A stretch of 64,000 bases of DNA. Origin: Phycisphaerales bacterium. GTDB taxonomy: Bacteria > Planctomycetota > Phycisphaerae > SM23-33. Below the pieces are notes generated by a model, which made no database searches, was not told where the DNA came from, and worked only from the letters and a program-made list of their open reading frames with translations. The translations under genes and the position numbers were made by a program. Positions 12,819-21,932 of the stretch are shown piece after piece (within the stretch, counting starts at the first letter, position 1; every line of letters begins with the position of its first letter). The stretch lies in assembly GCA_018644725.1 (NCBI GenBank), contig JABGPZ010000069.1, forward strand, positions 148,238 through 212,237. Reading direction: 5' to 3'.

Positions 12819-12964
12819 GCCGTGCCCATGTTTCTTCGTATTTTTCTTGTAGGGGCGAAAAATCTTTCGCCCAATCTGTTTTCTATTTTGTGGGGGTTTC
12901 GCTTATGGCGTTTTTGTGTTTTTGCATGTTTCGCAGGGCACGGCATGCCGTGCCCCTACAGGAT
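12798..12964. repeat. Nested palindromic element: 28-29-bp terminal inverted repeats (TCCTTGTAGGGGCACGGCATGCCGTGCCC) flanking ~108 bp that contains a third GTAGGGGCGAAA..TTTCGCCC hairpin
   Basis: Read directly from the sequence. The 20-bp perfect palindrome GGGCACGGCATGCCGTGCCC occurs at 12808-12827 and 12936-12955. A third near-identical copy is at 35272-35291. Confidence 0.7.
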
Positions 12965-13085
12965 AGAATGCCTTTCCAGAACACAAAGAAGCCCGAGCGT
13001 GTGCCCGGGCTTCTTGTGGTGCAGGTTTCTTCCCTGCACAGTTTCAACATTGTTCGATGCAGGCTGGAGGCCCGCACCACAATGG

Positions 13086-14078
13086 CTACTTGTCGAATTG
13101 GCCGTCGAACGCGATGTCCGAAGGGGTGAAGTCCACGGCGCGGACAAAGTCGCACGCTTCGATGGCGCCTTCGACGCGGTCCATGCCGGCGTCTTCCCAT
13201 TCCACGCTCAGCGGGCCTTTGTACTTGATCGTGTTCAGCGCGCGGATGATGCCTTCGAAGTCGACTTCGCCGTGGCCGAGGCTGCGGAACATCCAGCCGC
13301 AACGCGGGTCGCCGAGGTCGAGGTGGCTACCGAGCACGCCCGACTCGCCGTCGAGCTGCATCGCCGCGTCCTTCATGTGGACGTGGAAAATCTTCTTGGG
13401 GAACGCCTGGATGAACTTCACCGGGTCCACGCCCTGCCAGAACAGGTGCGAGGGGTCGAAGTTGAACCCGAACGCGGAGTGGTTCTTGATCGCAGCCAGC
13501 GCGTGGCGCGTGGAGTGGATGTCGAACGCGATTTCGGTCGGGTGGACTTCCAGCGCGAACTTGATCTTGTTGGTCTTGAAGACGTCGAGGATCGGCGTCC
13601 ACATTTTTGCGAAGTAGTCAAAGCCGCCCTGGATCTCGGCCTGGGATGCCGGCGGGAAGTTGTAGACCATGTGCCAGATCGAGCTGCCGGTGAAGCCGTT
13701 GACGACCTTGACACCGAAGTTCTTCGCGGCGCGTGCGGCGTTCTTCATCGTCTTGACCGCCCACTTGCGCTTGGCTTCGGCATCGCCCGCGACCGAGGCC
13801 GGCGCGAACTGGTCGCTGCGTGCGTCGGTGTTGGGGTCGCAGACCAGCTGGCCCTGGAGGTGGGTGCTGATCGACCAGCAGCCCAAGCCATATTTGGCCA
13901 GCAGAGCGCGGTGGTCGGCGCAATATTTCTTGGACTTCGCGGCTTTGTCGACGTCGAAGTGGTCGCCCCACGTCGCCAGCTCCAGGCCGTCATAGCCCAT
14001 GTCCGCGGCCATCTCGCACATCGTTTCGATGGGCAGGTCTGCCCATTGTCCGGTAAAGAGTGTCACTTTGCGTGCCAT
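13086..14078 (-). CDS. Sugar phosphate isomerase/epimerase (xylose-isomerase-like TIM barrel)
   Basis: 330 aa. [15 protein letters not shown] and the [16 protein letters not shown] pattern are typical of the AP-endonuclease-2/IolE-like TIM-barrel family. Adjacent to a Gfo/Idh/MocA oxidoreductase, a common pairing. Confidence 0.75.
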   Translation of the reverse strand: MARKVTLFTGQWADLPIETMCEMAADMGYDGLELATWGDHFDVDKAAKSKKYCADHRALLAKYGLGCWSISTHLQGQLVCDPNTDARSDQFAPASVAGDAEAKRKWAVKTMKNAARAAKNFGVKVVNGFTGSSIWHMVYNFPPASQAEIQGGFDYFAKMWTPILDVFKTNKIKFALEVHPTEIAFDIHSTRHALAAIKNHSAFGFNFDPSHLFWQGVDPVKFIQAFPKKIFHVHMKDAAMQLDGESGVLGSHLDLGDPRCGWMFRSLGHGEVDFEGIIRALNTIKYKGPLSVEWEDAGMDRVEGAIEACDFVRAVDFTPSDIAFDGQFDK

Positions 14079-14148
14079 AATTGAATCTCCTTGAAAGAGT
14101 GTGTGTTGTTGTCTAATGAGGTCGATCGTGTTCTGCGGAACAGGGACG

Positions 14149-15324
14149 TTATTTGATCTTGGTCCATTTGCCCTTGGATTTCACGACGGCTTCGATGAAC
14201 TTCATGCCCGAAACGCCATCGGTGACGGTGGGGAAGTCCAGCGAGAGCGGGTCAGCCTTTTTGCCCGCGACGCGTGCGCGGATCGCTTCGCCTGCGCGCA
14301 TATAGAGGTTGGCGAACGCTTCGATGTAGGCTTCGGGGTGGCCGCCGGGCAGGCGCGAGTTTTTCGCAGCAGCCGGGGATGCCGCTTCGACATAGCCATT
14401 GCCGCGTTCCCAGATTTCCTTCGGCGCGTCGATGGGCTTGACGAGGAGTTGGTTGGGGTGCTCTTGGTGCCATTCCAGCGAACCGTTTTCGCCATAGACC
14501 CAAATCGCGAGGTCGTTGTCGTGGCCGACCTGAACCTGCGACGCGGTGAGCACGCCCTTGGCACCCTTGTTGAAGTGGAGCAGGACATTGCCGTCGTCGT
14601 CGAGCTTGCGCCCTTTGACAAACGGGGTGAGGTCCGCGCAGAGTTCCTTGATCGACAGGCCGGACACATATTCCGCGAGGTTCGCCGCGTGCGTTCCGAT
14701 GTCACCCATGCAGCCGGCCGCGCCAGCCTGCTTGGGGTCGGTGCGCCAGGCGGCTTGTTGTTGGCCGCTCTTTTCCAGCGCGCGCATCAGCCAGCCCTGG
14801 TGGTACTGTACGATCACCTTGTGAACTTTGCCGAGCTTGCCGTCGGCGACGAGGTCTTTCGCGAGCTTGACCATCGGGAAGCCCGTGTAGGTGTGGGTCA
14901 GCATGAAAATCTTGCGCGTCTTCTTGACGATTTCCTTCAGCTTGACGGCCTCTTTGACGTCCATGGTCATCGGCTTTTCGCAGACGACGTGGAAGCCCGC
15001 TTCGAGGAACGCCTTGGCGATGGGGAAGTGCGAGCTGTTGGGCGTGGTGATCGAAACAAAGTCGATGCGCTCGCCGACGGGCAGCGCCAATTCGCCCGCG
15101 ATCATGTCTTGATAGGTGTTGTAGGCGCGCTTCTTGGGCAGATAGAGCATCCGTCCCATTTTGCGGGATTGCTTGGGGTCGATGTCGAACGCGCCAGCGA
15201 CGAGTTCGATCTCGCCGTCCAAGCGGATCGCTTTGCGGTGGACTTCGCCGATGAAGGCAGTCGGACCGCCGCCGACCATACCCATACGAAGTTTGCGGCT
15301 GAGGATTTCATTTTTCTTGGCCAT
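14149..15324 (-). CDS. Gfo/Idh/MocA-family NAD(P)-dependent oxidoreductase
   Basis: Rossmann motif [16 protein letters not shown] and the EKPMTM motif. Start chosen at MAKKNE (15324) with SD AAGGAGA; the ORF track extends to 15414. Confidence 0.8.
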   Translation of the reverse strand: MAKKNEILSRKLRMGMVGGGPTAFIGEVHRKAIRLDGEIELVAGAFDIDPKQSRKMGRMLYLPKKRAYNTYQDMIAGELALPVGERIDFVSITTPNSSHFPIAKAFLEAGFHVVCEKPMTMDVKEAVKLKEIVKKTRKIFMLTHTYTGFPMVKLAKDLVADGKLGKVHKVIVQYHQGWLMRALEKSGQQQAAWRTDPKQAGAAGCMGDIGTHAANLAEYVSGLSIKELCADLTPFVKGRKLDDDGNVLLHFNKGAKGVLTASQVQVGHDNDLAIWVYGENGSLEWHQEHPNQLLVKPIDAPKEIWERGNGYVEAASPAAAKNSRLPGGHPEAYIEAFANLYMRAGEAIRARVAGKKADPLSLDFPTVTDGVSGMKFIEAVVKSKGKWTKIK

Positions 15325-15488
15325 GATCGTCTCCTTGTGGATGTGCGAAAAACCTCCCAGCCGCCATTGGCCAGCGAGGCAATCTACTATACATACACGA
15401 TTTGGTAATACCATTCAATATCAAAGGGTTGAAAGAAATTGTACAAACGTAATTTTTTCGGTCACAGAGGGCGGTTGCATTTTCTGCG

Positions 15489-16967
15489 ATGATGGGTAGA
15501 ATTGAAGGCATGACGGATCGAATGACATTGAGGCGACGGATCGCGGCAGTGCTTCTTTATGTAGTATGCTCGGCGAATGTGTGTGTGGCGCAGACGGCGG
15601 CGGGCAAACCTGCGTCGAAACCGACCCCGTCAATTCAGACAAAGCTCGCGGCGATTGTCGGGCAGTTCGAGTCGAGCAAGACCGGCGGCCCGGCCGGGGT
15701 GAGCGTGCGGGAGATTTCCACCGGCAAGAGCCTGTACGCCTATCGAGCGACGGAAGCGTTTATTCCCGCGAGTAACCAGAAGCTGCTCGGTGCGATTTTC
15801 TGGCTGGAGAAAAAAAGTCACGAGGGCACGTTCCAGACCGAGGTCTATCGGCGCGGCGACGAGTTGCTGATCGTTGGCGATTTTGATCCGCTTCTGGGAG
15901 ATCCCTACGCGGCCAAGCGCGAGAAGAAAAGTGTCTACGCGGAGGTTGACGCGTGGGGCGCGGCCGCAAAAGAGGCGGGCATGACGAAAATTTCCCGCGT
16001 GTTGGTGATGAATCGCCTTGGCGGGGTCTATCCGCCGACGTGGCTGGATCGCTACAAGCCCCACGACTATGGCGCGCCCGTCGCGAGCGCGAGTTTTTAC
16101 TACAACTGCTATGGCGTGACGTTTGTCAAGACGGCTAGCGGCAAGCTGGTTCCCGATGTGACGCCGACGAGCGGGCGGTTTATCCGCGTGGTCGATCAGG
16201 TCAAAACCGGGTCGCGGCATGTGTTTTCCATTCGCGGTGAAAATGACGAAAGCGTGCTGACGGTGCGCGGGACGGCGAAGGTCGCCGGCGGGGATGTGCT
16301 GCTCTCGCCATGCAAGAATCCGCGGATCCGCCTCGCGCGGGTGGTTGCGGGTCGGCTGGACAAGGCCGGACTGAAGGTCGCCGCGGTGGGAGAGGTGGCC
16401 GAAGCCGACGCGGAAAAAACGGAGTGGACCAAGCTCGCCACGACAACGCGCAGCGGCGCGACCGTCCTCAAGGAGAGCCTGCAACACAGCTTCAATCTCG
16501 CGGCCGAGTGCGTCGTTCTCAATGCCGGCGGGGGAACGTTCGCCGCCAGCGCCAAGGCGATGACCACCACGCTGACCACGACGTTCAAACTCAAGCCCGG
16601 CGCGCTCACCGTCGCCGACGGCAGCGGGCTTAGCCGAGAAAACGCGGTCACGCCCGAGGCGATGACGACCGTGCTTTCCGGCGCAACGACGCGCTGCTAT
16701 TGGGAACTCCTGTGCGGCGCGATGGCGAAATCGGGCGAAAGTGGAACGCTGAAAAAGCGCATGACCGACATCGCTGGCCGGATCGTCGCCAAGACCGGCT
16801 ACATCAACGGAGTGAGTTGCCTCAGTGGCTATCTCCTCGACAAGCCCGGCGGTAAACCGATCTATTCGTTCAGCATCCTCACGCGGGACATCCGCTCGGG
16901 CGCGGATGCGAAAAAATTCCAAGACAGCCTCTGCCGTCAGCTCCTCACCCACCTCGACGCAAAGTAA
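15489..16967 (+). CDS. dacB: D-alanyl-D-alanine carboxypeptidase/endopeptidase (PBP4, peptidase S13)
   Basis: Signal peptide. Active-site SNQKLL (SxxK), SGLS, and a KTG-like triad later in the sequence. 492 aa. Confidence 0.75.
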   Translation: MMGRIEGMTDRMTLRRRIAAVLLYVVCSANVCVAQTAAGKPASKPTPSIQTKLAAIVGQFESSKTGGPAGVSVREISTGKSLYAYRATEAFIPASNQKLLGAIFWLEKKSHEGTFQTEVYRRGDELLIVGDFDPLLGDPYAAKREKKSVYAEVDAWGAAAKEAGMTKISRVLVMNRLGGVYPPTWLDRYKPHDYGAPVASASFYYNCYGVTFVKTASGKLVPDVTPTSGRFIRVVDQVKTGSRHVFSIRGENDESVLTVRGTAKVAGGDVLLSPCKNPRIRLARVVAGRLDKAGLKVAAVGEVAEADAEKTEWTKLATTTRSGATVLKESLQHSFNLAAECVVLNAGGGTFAASAKAMTTTLTTTFKLKPGALTVADGSGLSRENAVTPEAMTTVLSGATTRCYWELLCGAMAKSGESGTLKKRMTDIAGRIVAKTGYINGVSCLSGYLLDKPGGKPIYSFSILTRDIRSGADAKKFQDSLCRQLLTHLDAK

Positions 16968-16977
16968 ACAATCGAAG

Positions 16978-17289
16978 TTAGAATTCGGAGCCGTCGAAGT
17001 CGAGCAGGAAAAGTTCCCATCCGGTCGCGGTGTGTTGGAGGCCGGTTTGGGGGTGTTCAAATTGCATGCCGGCGGTGGCGTTGACGATTTCGATCACCGC
17101 GCCGTCGAGTTCGGCCGTCCATTGTTTTTTCAGTTCGGCGACGATGGCGGTTTTCAGTTCGGCCGGGTCCACCTGGTAGCGCTCGCCGACGAGGATTGTG
17201 ATGCGGTAGATGCGTTCATACTTCGACCACTGTCCGATGGAACGGAGGTGCAGAGCGAACTGGCTGGCAAGGTCGTTGGGGTCGATCAT
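16978..17289 (-). CDS. Hypothetical protein (103 aa)
   Basis: Intact ORF, GC3-rich, no recognisable motif. Confidence 0.4.
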   Translation of the reverse strand: MIDPNDLASQFALHLRSIGQWSKYERIYRITILVGERYQVDPAELKTAIVAELKKQWTAELDGAVIEIVNATAGMQFEHPQTGLQHTATGWELFLLDFDGSEF

Positions 17290-17389
17290 GGGTCTGATGA
17301 ATTGTAGGGCGTGTTTGTGTTGGGAGATATTGTATTGTTTTGTGTTTTTTGCCCAAAGAGCGATTTATGTCCTGTTGGACGATTGTAGT

Positions 17390-17478
17390 TAGGCCCGAAG
17401 GGCCGTCAGTTGATAGCCGGGGGCGTAAGCCCCCGGTAGAGTTGCTAAATGAGTTGAGCCCCGAAGGGGCGGCAGAGA
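17390..17478. repeat. REP array (left flank of the RAYT): modules GGCCCGAAGGGCC, GCCGGGGGCGTAAGCCCCCGG, GCCCCGAAGGGGC
   Basis: Three GC-rich hairpin palindromes read directly from the sequence. The same modules recur at 17934-18092 (inverted), 31889-32080 and 47212-47400. Confidence 0.8.
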
Positions 17479-17483
17479 ACCGG

Positions 17484-17924
17484 TCAAAGGTATCGTTCGT
17501 CGTATTCAATTTCATGTCGGTCCAACAAGCTTCGCAATTCGTCCTGAAATGACATTCGTTTGTGATGGTCTGGTTGTGTCTGAATATAGGAAACAACATT
17601 GGGAACAACCGATTGGGAAACCGAAAAAATGGAATATCCATCTTGCCATGCGAAATCTGAGTTATCTGGAAAGGTCTCATGAATCCACCGCGAGGAATTT
17701 GCTTTGATGTCACGGATGACTTCTGCTGGTGTACAAGTTGGTTGAAGGGCAAGGAGTAGGTGTAGATGATCGGCTGTCCCATTTGCAGCAAGAAGTACAC
17801 CGCCAGCCTTTCGAATGATGCCGCCTGAATAATCGGCAAGACGTTGGATTGTTTCTTTGTCAAGAAAGGGCTTTCGCCCCTTTGTGGCATAGACAACATG
17901 AAAATTGATGTCAGAAAAACTCAT
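17484..17924 (-). CDS. IS200/IS605-family (TnpA_REP / RAYT-like) tyrosine transposase
   Basis: 146 aa. HuH motif HLHLLL. Overall IS200-like Y1 transposase architecture (FHVVYATKGRKP...DHLHLLLAL...SRWIHE). Flanked on both sides by inverted REP arrays. Confidence 0.75.
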   Translation of the reverse strand: MSFSDINFHVVYATKGRKPFLDKETIQRLADYSGGIIRKAGGVLLAANGTADHLHLLLALQPTCTPAEVIRDIKANSSRWIHETFPDNSDFAWQDGYSIFSVSQSVVPNVVSYIQTQPDHHKRMSFQDELRSLLDRHEIEYDERYL

Positions 17925-17933
17925 TGCTTGCTT

Positions 17934-18092
17934 TCTGCCGCCCCTTCGGGGCTCGAGCTTGGGGGCACCTTTTCCGGGGGCTTACGCCCCCGGCTATCGA
18001 CTGCCGCGCCTTCGGCGCTGGGCGGCTTGCCATATTGCATGATGGGAGACTATTCTGTCGTGTGTCCCACGTCCTGGCCGCGCCTTCGGCGT
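17934..18092. repeat. REP array (right flank of the RAYT; inverted relative to the left array)
   Basis: CTGCCGCCCCTTCGGGGCTC, CCGGGGGCTTACGCCCCCGGCTATC, CGCGCCTTCGGCG (twice). Confidence 0.8.
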
Positions 18093-18150
18093 TAAAGGCG
18101 AGATTGCTTGCGGTATTGTTTGCACACACTTCTCGGACGGGGGGATGCCG

Positions 18151-18741
18151 TTAGATCACGCCTTTGGTGGACGGGATTTGGGTTCCGCGTCGCGGGTCGA
18201 TTTCCATTGCGCTGCGTAGCGCGCGGGCGAGTGCCTTGAAAATGCCCTCGGCAATGTGGTGGTCGTTGCGGCCGTGGGGGACGCTGACGTGGAGGTTCAT
18301 CTTTGCGACATTCGCGAAACGGACGATGAATTCCTCGATGAGTTGCGAGTCCATCGTGCCGATTTTTCCCGTGGCAAATTCGACGTCCCACACCACGTGC
18401 GCGCGGCCGGACAGGTCGAGCGTGACGTCGGCGAGGGTTTCGTCCATCGGCACACGAGCGTGGCCATAGCGGTTGATGCCGGCCTTGTCGCCGAGCGCTT
18501 TTTCCAACGCCTCCCCGAGGCAGATCGCGATGTCTTCGACGGTGTGGTGGTCGTCGATGTGCAGGTCGCCCTCGGCGCGCACGGACAAATTGATCAACCC
18601 GTGGCGTGCGAGATGGTCGAGCATGTGGTCGAGAAACCCTACGCCGGTGTGGATGTCGGCGGCGCCAGTGCCGTCGAGATTCAGCGAAAGGGTGATGTCG
18701 GTTTCGTTGGTTTTGCGTGTGATGTCAGCGGTGCGTGGCAT
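18151..18741 (-). CDS. hisB: Imidazoleglycerol-phosphate dehydratase
   Basis: 196 aa. Conserved D-x-HH-x-x-E motifs (HIDDHHTVEDIAICLG, HHIAEG). Confidence 0.9.
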   Translation of the reverse strand: MPRTADITRKTNETDITLSLNLDGTGAADIHTGVGFLDHMLDHLARHGLINLSVRAEGDLHIDDHHTVEDIAICLGEALEKALGDKAGINRYGHARVPMDETLADVTLDLSGRAHVVWDVEFATGKIGTMDSQLIEEFIVRFANVAKMNLHVSVPHGRNDHHIAEGIFKALARALRSAMEIDPRRGTQIPSTKGVI

Positions 18742-18764
18742 GGGTGGCTTTCTAGTCTATGTAG

Positions 18765-19784
18765 TTACAGGGCCGCCAAGACGGCCGCGGTTTGTTCGTC
18801 GGTCCCCACGGCGATGCGAAGATAGTCCGCAAGCCGGGGCTGTTTAAAGTATCGGACATATATGCCGCGTTCCTTGAGCCGTTCGTAGACCGCTTCGGCA
18901 TTTCTCTCTGGCGGCGCGGCGAGAAGGAAATTCGCGCCCGAGGGCACGACGTCCCATCCGCGGGTGGTCAGCTCGGCGGCGAGGGCCTCACGTGTGGCGA
19001 GAATTTTCGCGGCGTTGGCGTTTTTGTGGTCCTGATCGACGAAGGCTCTCGCGCCCGCCAGCAGCGTTGTGGTCGAGACGTTGTAGATTTCCATCGCCTT
19101 GAACAGCGCTTCAAGAATCGGCTCTTGCGCGATGGCAAAGCCCATGCGCAGGCTCGCGAGCGAATAGCCCTTCGAGAGTGTGCGCGTGACGATGACGTTG
19201 TCGCAGGTGTCCACGAGGGGCAGGGCCGTGACGCCGCAGAAATCGTAATACGCTTCGTCGACCACCAGCAGCCCGTCGAGTTTGCGGGCGAGCGCTTCGA
19301 TGGCTTCGAGCGGTTCGAGCACGCCCGTGGGATTGTTGGGATTGGCGAGGAAGGTCACCGCCGCGTTGGCCTCGGCGAGGGCGTCGAAGTCGACACGGAA
19401 ATTCTCGTCGGTGGGCACTTCGATGATCTCGGCCCCTTCGACTTGCGAAAGCGTTTCGTAGTAGGGGAACGTTGGCGTGGGGATCGCGATGGGTCCGCCG
19501 GCGGCGTGGATGACGGCCGCGAGAACGTTGTCACTGCCATTGCCCGCGAGGACGCGCGATTGGGGCACGCCGAGGGTCTCGGCCACGGCGGCAGTAAACA
19601 CCGCGCCCGTGGGGTCGGGGTAAACGCGCAGCTCGTCGTCGGAGATGTGCGCGAGCGCTTCCCACGCCTTGGGCGACGGCGGGTAGGGGTTCTCGTTGGC
19701 GTTGAGCTTGATCGCTTCGGGCCCGGGCTGGAAGCCGGGGACGTAGGGCGTCATGGCATCGATGTTGGATTTGAAGTAGGACAT
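18765..19784 (-). CDS. hisC: Histidinol-phosphate aminotransferase
   Basis: 339 aa. Class-II aminotransferase. PLP-lysine region TLSKGYSLASLRMGF and NPNNPTG. Confidence 0.85.
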   Translation of the reverse strand: MSYFKSNIDAMTPYVPGFQPGPEAIKLNANENPYPPSPKAWEALAHISDDELRVYPDPTGAVFTAAVAETLGVPQSRVLAGNGSDNVLAAVIHAAGGPIAIPTPTFPYYETLSQVEGAEIIEVPTDENFRVDFDALAEANAAVTFLANPNNPTGVLEPLEAIEALARKLDGLLVVDEAYYDFCGVTALPLVDTCDNVIVTRTLSKGYSLASLRMGFAIAQEPILEALFKAMEIYNVSTTTLLAGARAFVDQDHKNANAAKILATREALAAELTTRGWDVVPSGANFLLAAPPERNAEAVYERLKERGIYVRYFKQPRLADYLRIAVGTDEQTAAVLAAL

Positions 19785-19832
19785 ACTGGTTCCGTGGTTG
19801 GGGATATGGATCGTGGGTTGGTTTCGCGGCGA

Positions 19833-20402
19833 CTATTCGAGGTTCGCGTGGCGCGAGCGGAAGACGTTGTTGTCGACATGGAATCGCTCGGAGAGGATGT
19901 TGAACACCGCATCGAGACAGACGATGGCGGTATGTTCGAACACGGCCGCGCGAAGGACGATGTCGTTGACGTCGACGGGGATGGTCACGACGTGGTCGGC
20001 GAGTTTTGCCAGAGGCGAGTCGGCCTCGGTGGTGATCACGCAGACCTTCGCGCCGAATTCTTTGGCGCGCTGGGCGAGATAGTCGGTAAAGCCGGTCGAG
20101 CCGGTACAACTGATCGCCACGAGCAGGTCGCCCTCGGCCGCGGCGGGGGTGATCGTTTCGCCGGGGATGTGCGCGGTGATGCCCGCGTGCATCAATCGCA
20201 TGCCGAACATGCGCGCGACGAGCCCGCTGCGCCCCGCGCCAGAGACGAATGAACGCTTGGCATCGAGGACCATGTCAATCAGGTCGGTGAAGCTTGACCA
20301 GTCTGCCTGAGCCACAGCCGCATCGACCCGTTCGAGCAAATCGCTCGCCGCGTCATGCAGTTCATTGCCGAGTTGTGATCGTGGAGTCATCATTCCGTAC
20401 AT
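19833..20402 (-). CDS. hxlB: SIS-domain sugar isomerase, 6-phospho-3-hexuloisomerase-like
   Basis: AGAGRSGLVARMFGMRLMHAGITAHIPGETITP...GDLLVAISCTGST...HANLE aligns closely by eye with PHI/HxlB sequences. Start taken at MYGMM (20402); the ORF track extends to 20561. Confidence 0.65.
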   Translation of the reverse strand: MYGMMTPRSQLGNELHDAASDLLERVDAAVAQADWSSFTDLIDMVLDAKRSFVSGAGRSGLVARMFGMRLMHAGITAHIPGETITPAAAEGDLLVAISCTGSTGFTDYLAQRAKEFGAKVCVITTEADSPLAKLADHVVTIPVDVNDIVLRAAVFEHTAIVCLDAVFNILSERFHVDNNVFRSRHANLE

Positions 20403-20542
20403 TGTACCATGAACCGCGCTGGGTTCAAGGCGTGGAATGGAGAAAAAAAGAAGATCATTTCGAGGGGAAAATTTAGTTGAAATTATCGCGCTGGGAGGGA
20501 GAATGATAGTAGGACCACAAGGGATCATGAAGGAGTTGTACC

Positions 20543-21118
20543 ATGGCGGAATATGAAACACAGGTTGTCGCGGCGTTCGCGACTTCGAACACCGAGGCCG
20601 AGGAGCTTGTTGAGCTTCTCAGTGACCACGGGATTGAGGTTACGGCTGATCGGGATTACGACGGGCCAGGCAGTGAGAACGGCATTGCGATGCTGGTCGA
20701 CGAAGAGTACGAGGAGGAAGCCAAGTCTTTGATCGACGAGCATTCCGACCTTGATATCTATGCGGCCTCGATTGCGACCGACGACGAAGAACTCGACGTG
20801 ACCGACGACGACGAGAAAGATCCGATGCTCGGGACGGAGCTGGACTCCACGGGAAGTTTCCAGGACGACGAACCTGCCGTTGCTGCGGCGGGGGTGGGTG
20901 GCCTGGAGGAGTCTGTGCTTGAGGACGCTGTCGATATCGCGGATGTTGAGGTGGCCGAGGAGGAAGCGCCCGACTTCCTCAAGGCGCTCTTCAGCAACGG
21001 CGACGATGTGGACGAGTATGACGAAGAGGACGGCGATGGCTATGACGGTCCGAAAGATTTATTTGACGATTCCGCCTTCTTCGAGGAAGCGGACGGAATC
21101 GACGACGCGGAAGCATAG
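20543..21118 (+). CDS. Highly acidic protein with N-terminal DUF2007-like domain and a disordered D/E-rich tail
   Basis: 191 aa, roughly 35-40% Asp+Glu. N-terminus VVAAFATSNTEAEELVELLSDHGIEV resembles DUF2007. Confidence 0.5.
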   Translation: MAEYETQVVAAFATSNTEAEELVELLSDHGIEVTADRDYDGPGSENGIAMLVDEEYEEEAKSLIDEHSDLDIYAASIATDDEELDVTDDDEKDPMLGTELDSTGSFQDDEPAVAAAGVGGLEESVLEDAVDIADVEVAEEEAPDFLKALFSNGDDVDEYDEEDGDGYDGPKDLFDDSAFFEEADGIDDAEA

Positions 21119-21134
21119 CCAATTGAATGACAAA

Positions 21135-21168
21135 CCCCGGCCGGTTTTCCACCGGCCATTTTTTTTGC
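21135..21168 (+). terminator. Rho-independent terminator downstream of the acidic-protein gene
   Basis: GGCCGG-TTTTCCA-CCGGCC hairpin followed by T8. Confidence 0.65.
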
Positions 21169-21199
21169 AGGGACGACCCCGCAATCATGGGACATTGAA

Positions 21200-21784
21200 A
21201 TGACCGACGAAACGAATAGTGAAATCAAATATGTGTCACGCGCAGGGAAAAAACTCGCGGGGGCGTTGGACGCGATGGGCGTCGACCCGGCGGGGTGGGT
21301 GTGTGCGGATTTTGGCTGCAATGTCGGCGGGTTCACCGATTGCCTGCTCCAGCGCGGCGCGGCGAAGGTCTATGCCGTGGATACTGGCTATGGCGCGCTG
21401 GCGTGGACGATGCGCCAGCATGAGCGCGTGGAGGTGATGGAGCGCACGAATGTGCTGCACTGTGACGTGCCCGAGGCGGTGGATTTGGTCGTGATCGACG
21501 TCGGCTGGACGCCGCAGGTGAAGGTGATTCCCGTCGCGGCGAAATGGGTGCGGCCGGGCGGGCGGATCGTCTCGCTGCTCAAGCCGACCTTCGAATATGA
21601 CAAGCAGCATCCCAACCAGCGGCGCGACAAGCGCGTGCCACTGACGGCGGAACAAACCCAGGCCGTGATCGACGGCGTGTATGCGGGACTCGAAAAAATC
21701 GGATTCACGCCAACGCAAATCGTCGAATCGGTCCTCCTCGGCAAAGGCGGCAACCACGAATATTTACTTGAGTTCGTACTGTAG
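21200..21784 (+). CDS. TlyA-like FtsJ-type RNA 2'-O-methyltransferase lacking the N-terminal S4 domain
   Basis: VSRAGKKLAGALD...CADFGCNVGGFTDCLLQRGAAKVYAVDTGYG matches the TlyA/FtsJ SAM-binding core. 194 aa, with no S4 RNA-binding domain. Confidence 0.65.
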   Translation: MTDETNSEIKYVSRAGKKLAGALDAMGVDPAGWVCADFGCNVGGFTDCLLQRGAAKVYAVDTGYGALAWTMRQHERVEVMERTNVLHCDVPEAVDLVVIDVGWTPQVKVIPVAAKWVRPGGRIVSLLKPTFEYDKQHPNQRRDKRVPLTAEQTQAVIDGVYAGLEKIGFTPTQIVESVLLGKGGNHEYLLEFVL

Positions 21785-21916
21785 GAACGGTTTTTTTGTC
21801 CGCCTCACGCCTCCACGAATATTTATTGGAGTTTGTACTGTAGGAACGGTTTTTTTGTCCGCCTCACGCCTTCACGAATATTTGCTCGAGTTCGTACTGT
21901 AGGAACGGTATTGCTG
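21755..21916. repeat. Tandem repeat, ~59-60-bp unit x ~2.7 copies, beginning inside the 3' end of the tlyA-like gene
   Basis: CACGAATATTTACTTGAGTTCGTACTGTAGGAACGGTTTTTTTGTCCGCCTCACGCCTC is repeated at 21755, 21814 and (truncated) 21873, with a few point differences. Each copy carries the ...EYLLEFVL-stop coding tail. Confidence 0.85.
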
Positions 21917-21932
21917 TTGGGTTGCGTTTTTG

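Larger units (their letters stand above)
17390..18092 (-). mobile_element. REP-RAYT-REP unit (REP-associated tyrosine transposase with flanking inverted REP arrays)
   Basis: Left array modules M1-M2-M3 on the plus strand. The right array carries M3 and M2 as reverse complements plus two CGCGCCTTCGGCG hairpins. The transposase gene lies between them. Confidence 0.65.

Noticed and set aside
12405-14084. 559-aa + strand ORF
   Set aside because: Antisense to a clearly recognisable sugar-phosphate isomerase (13086..14078, -). No motifs. A typical high-GC antisense open frame.
14101-15408. 435-aa + strand ORF
   Set aside because: Antisense to the Gfo/Idh/MocA oxidoreductase, which has a Rossmann motif.
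15630-17060. 476-aa - strand ORF
   Set aside because: Antisense to dacB.
18792-20252. 486-aa + strand ORF
   Set aside because: Antisense to hisC and the hxlB-like gene.
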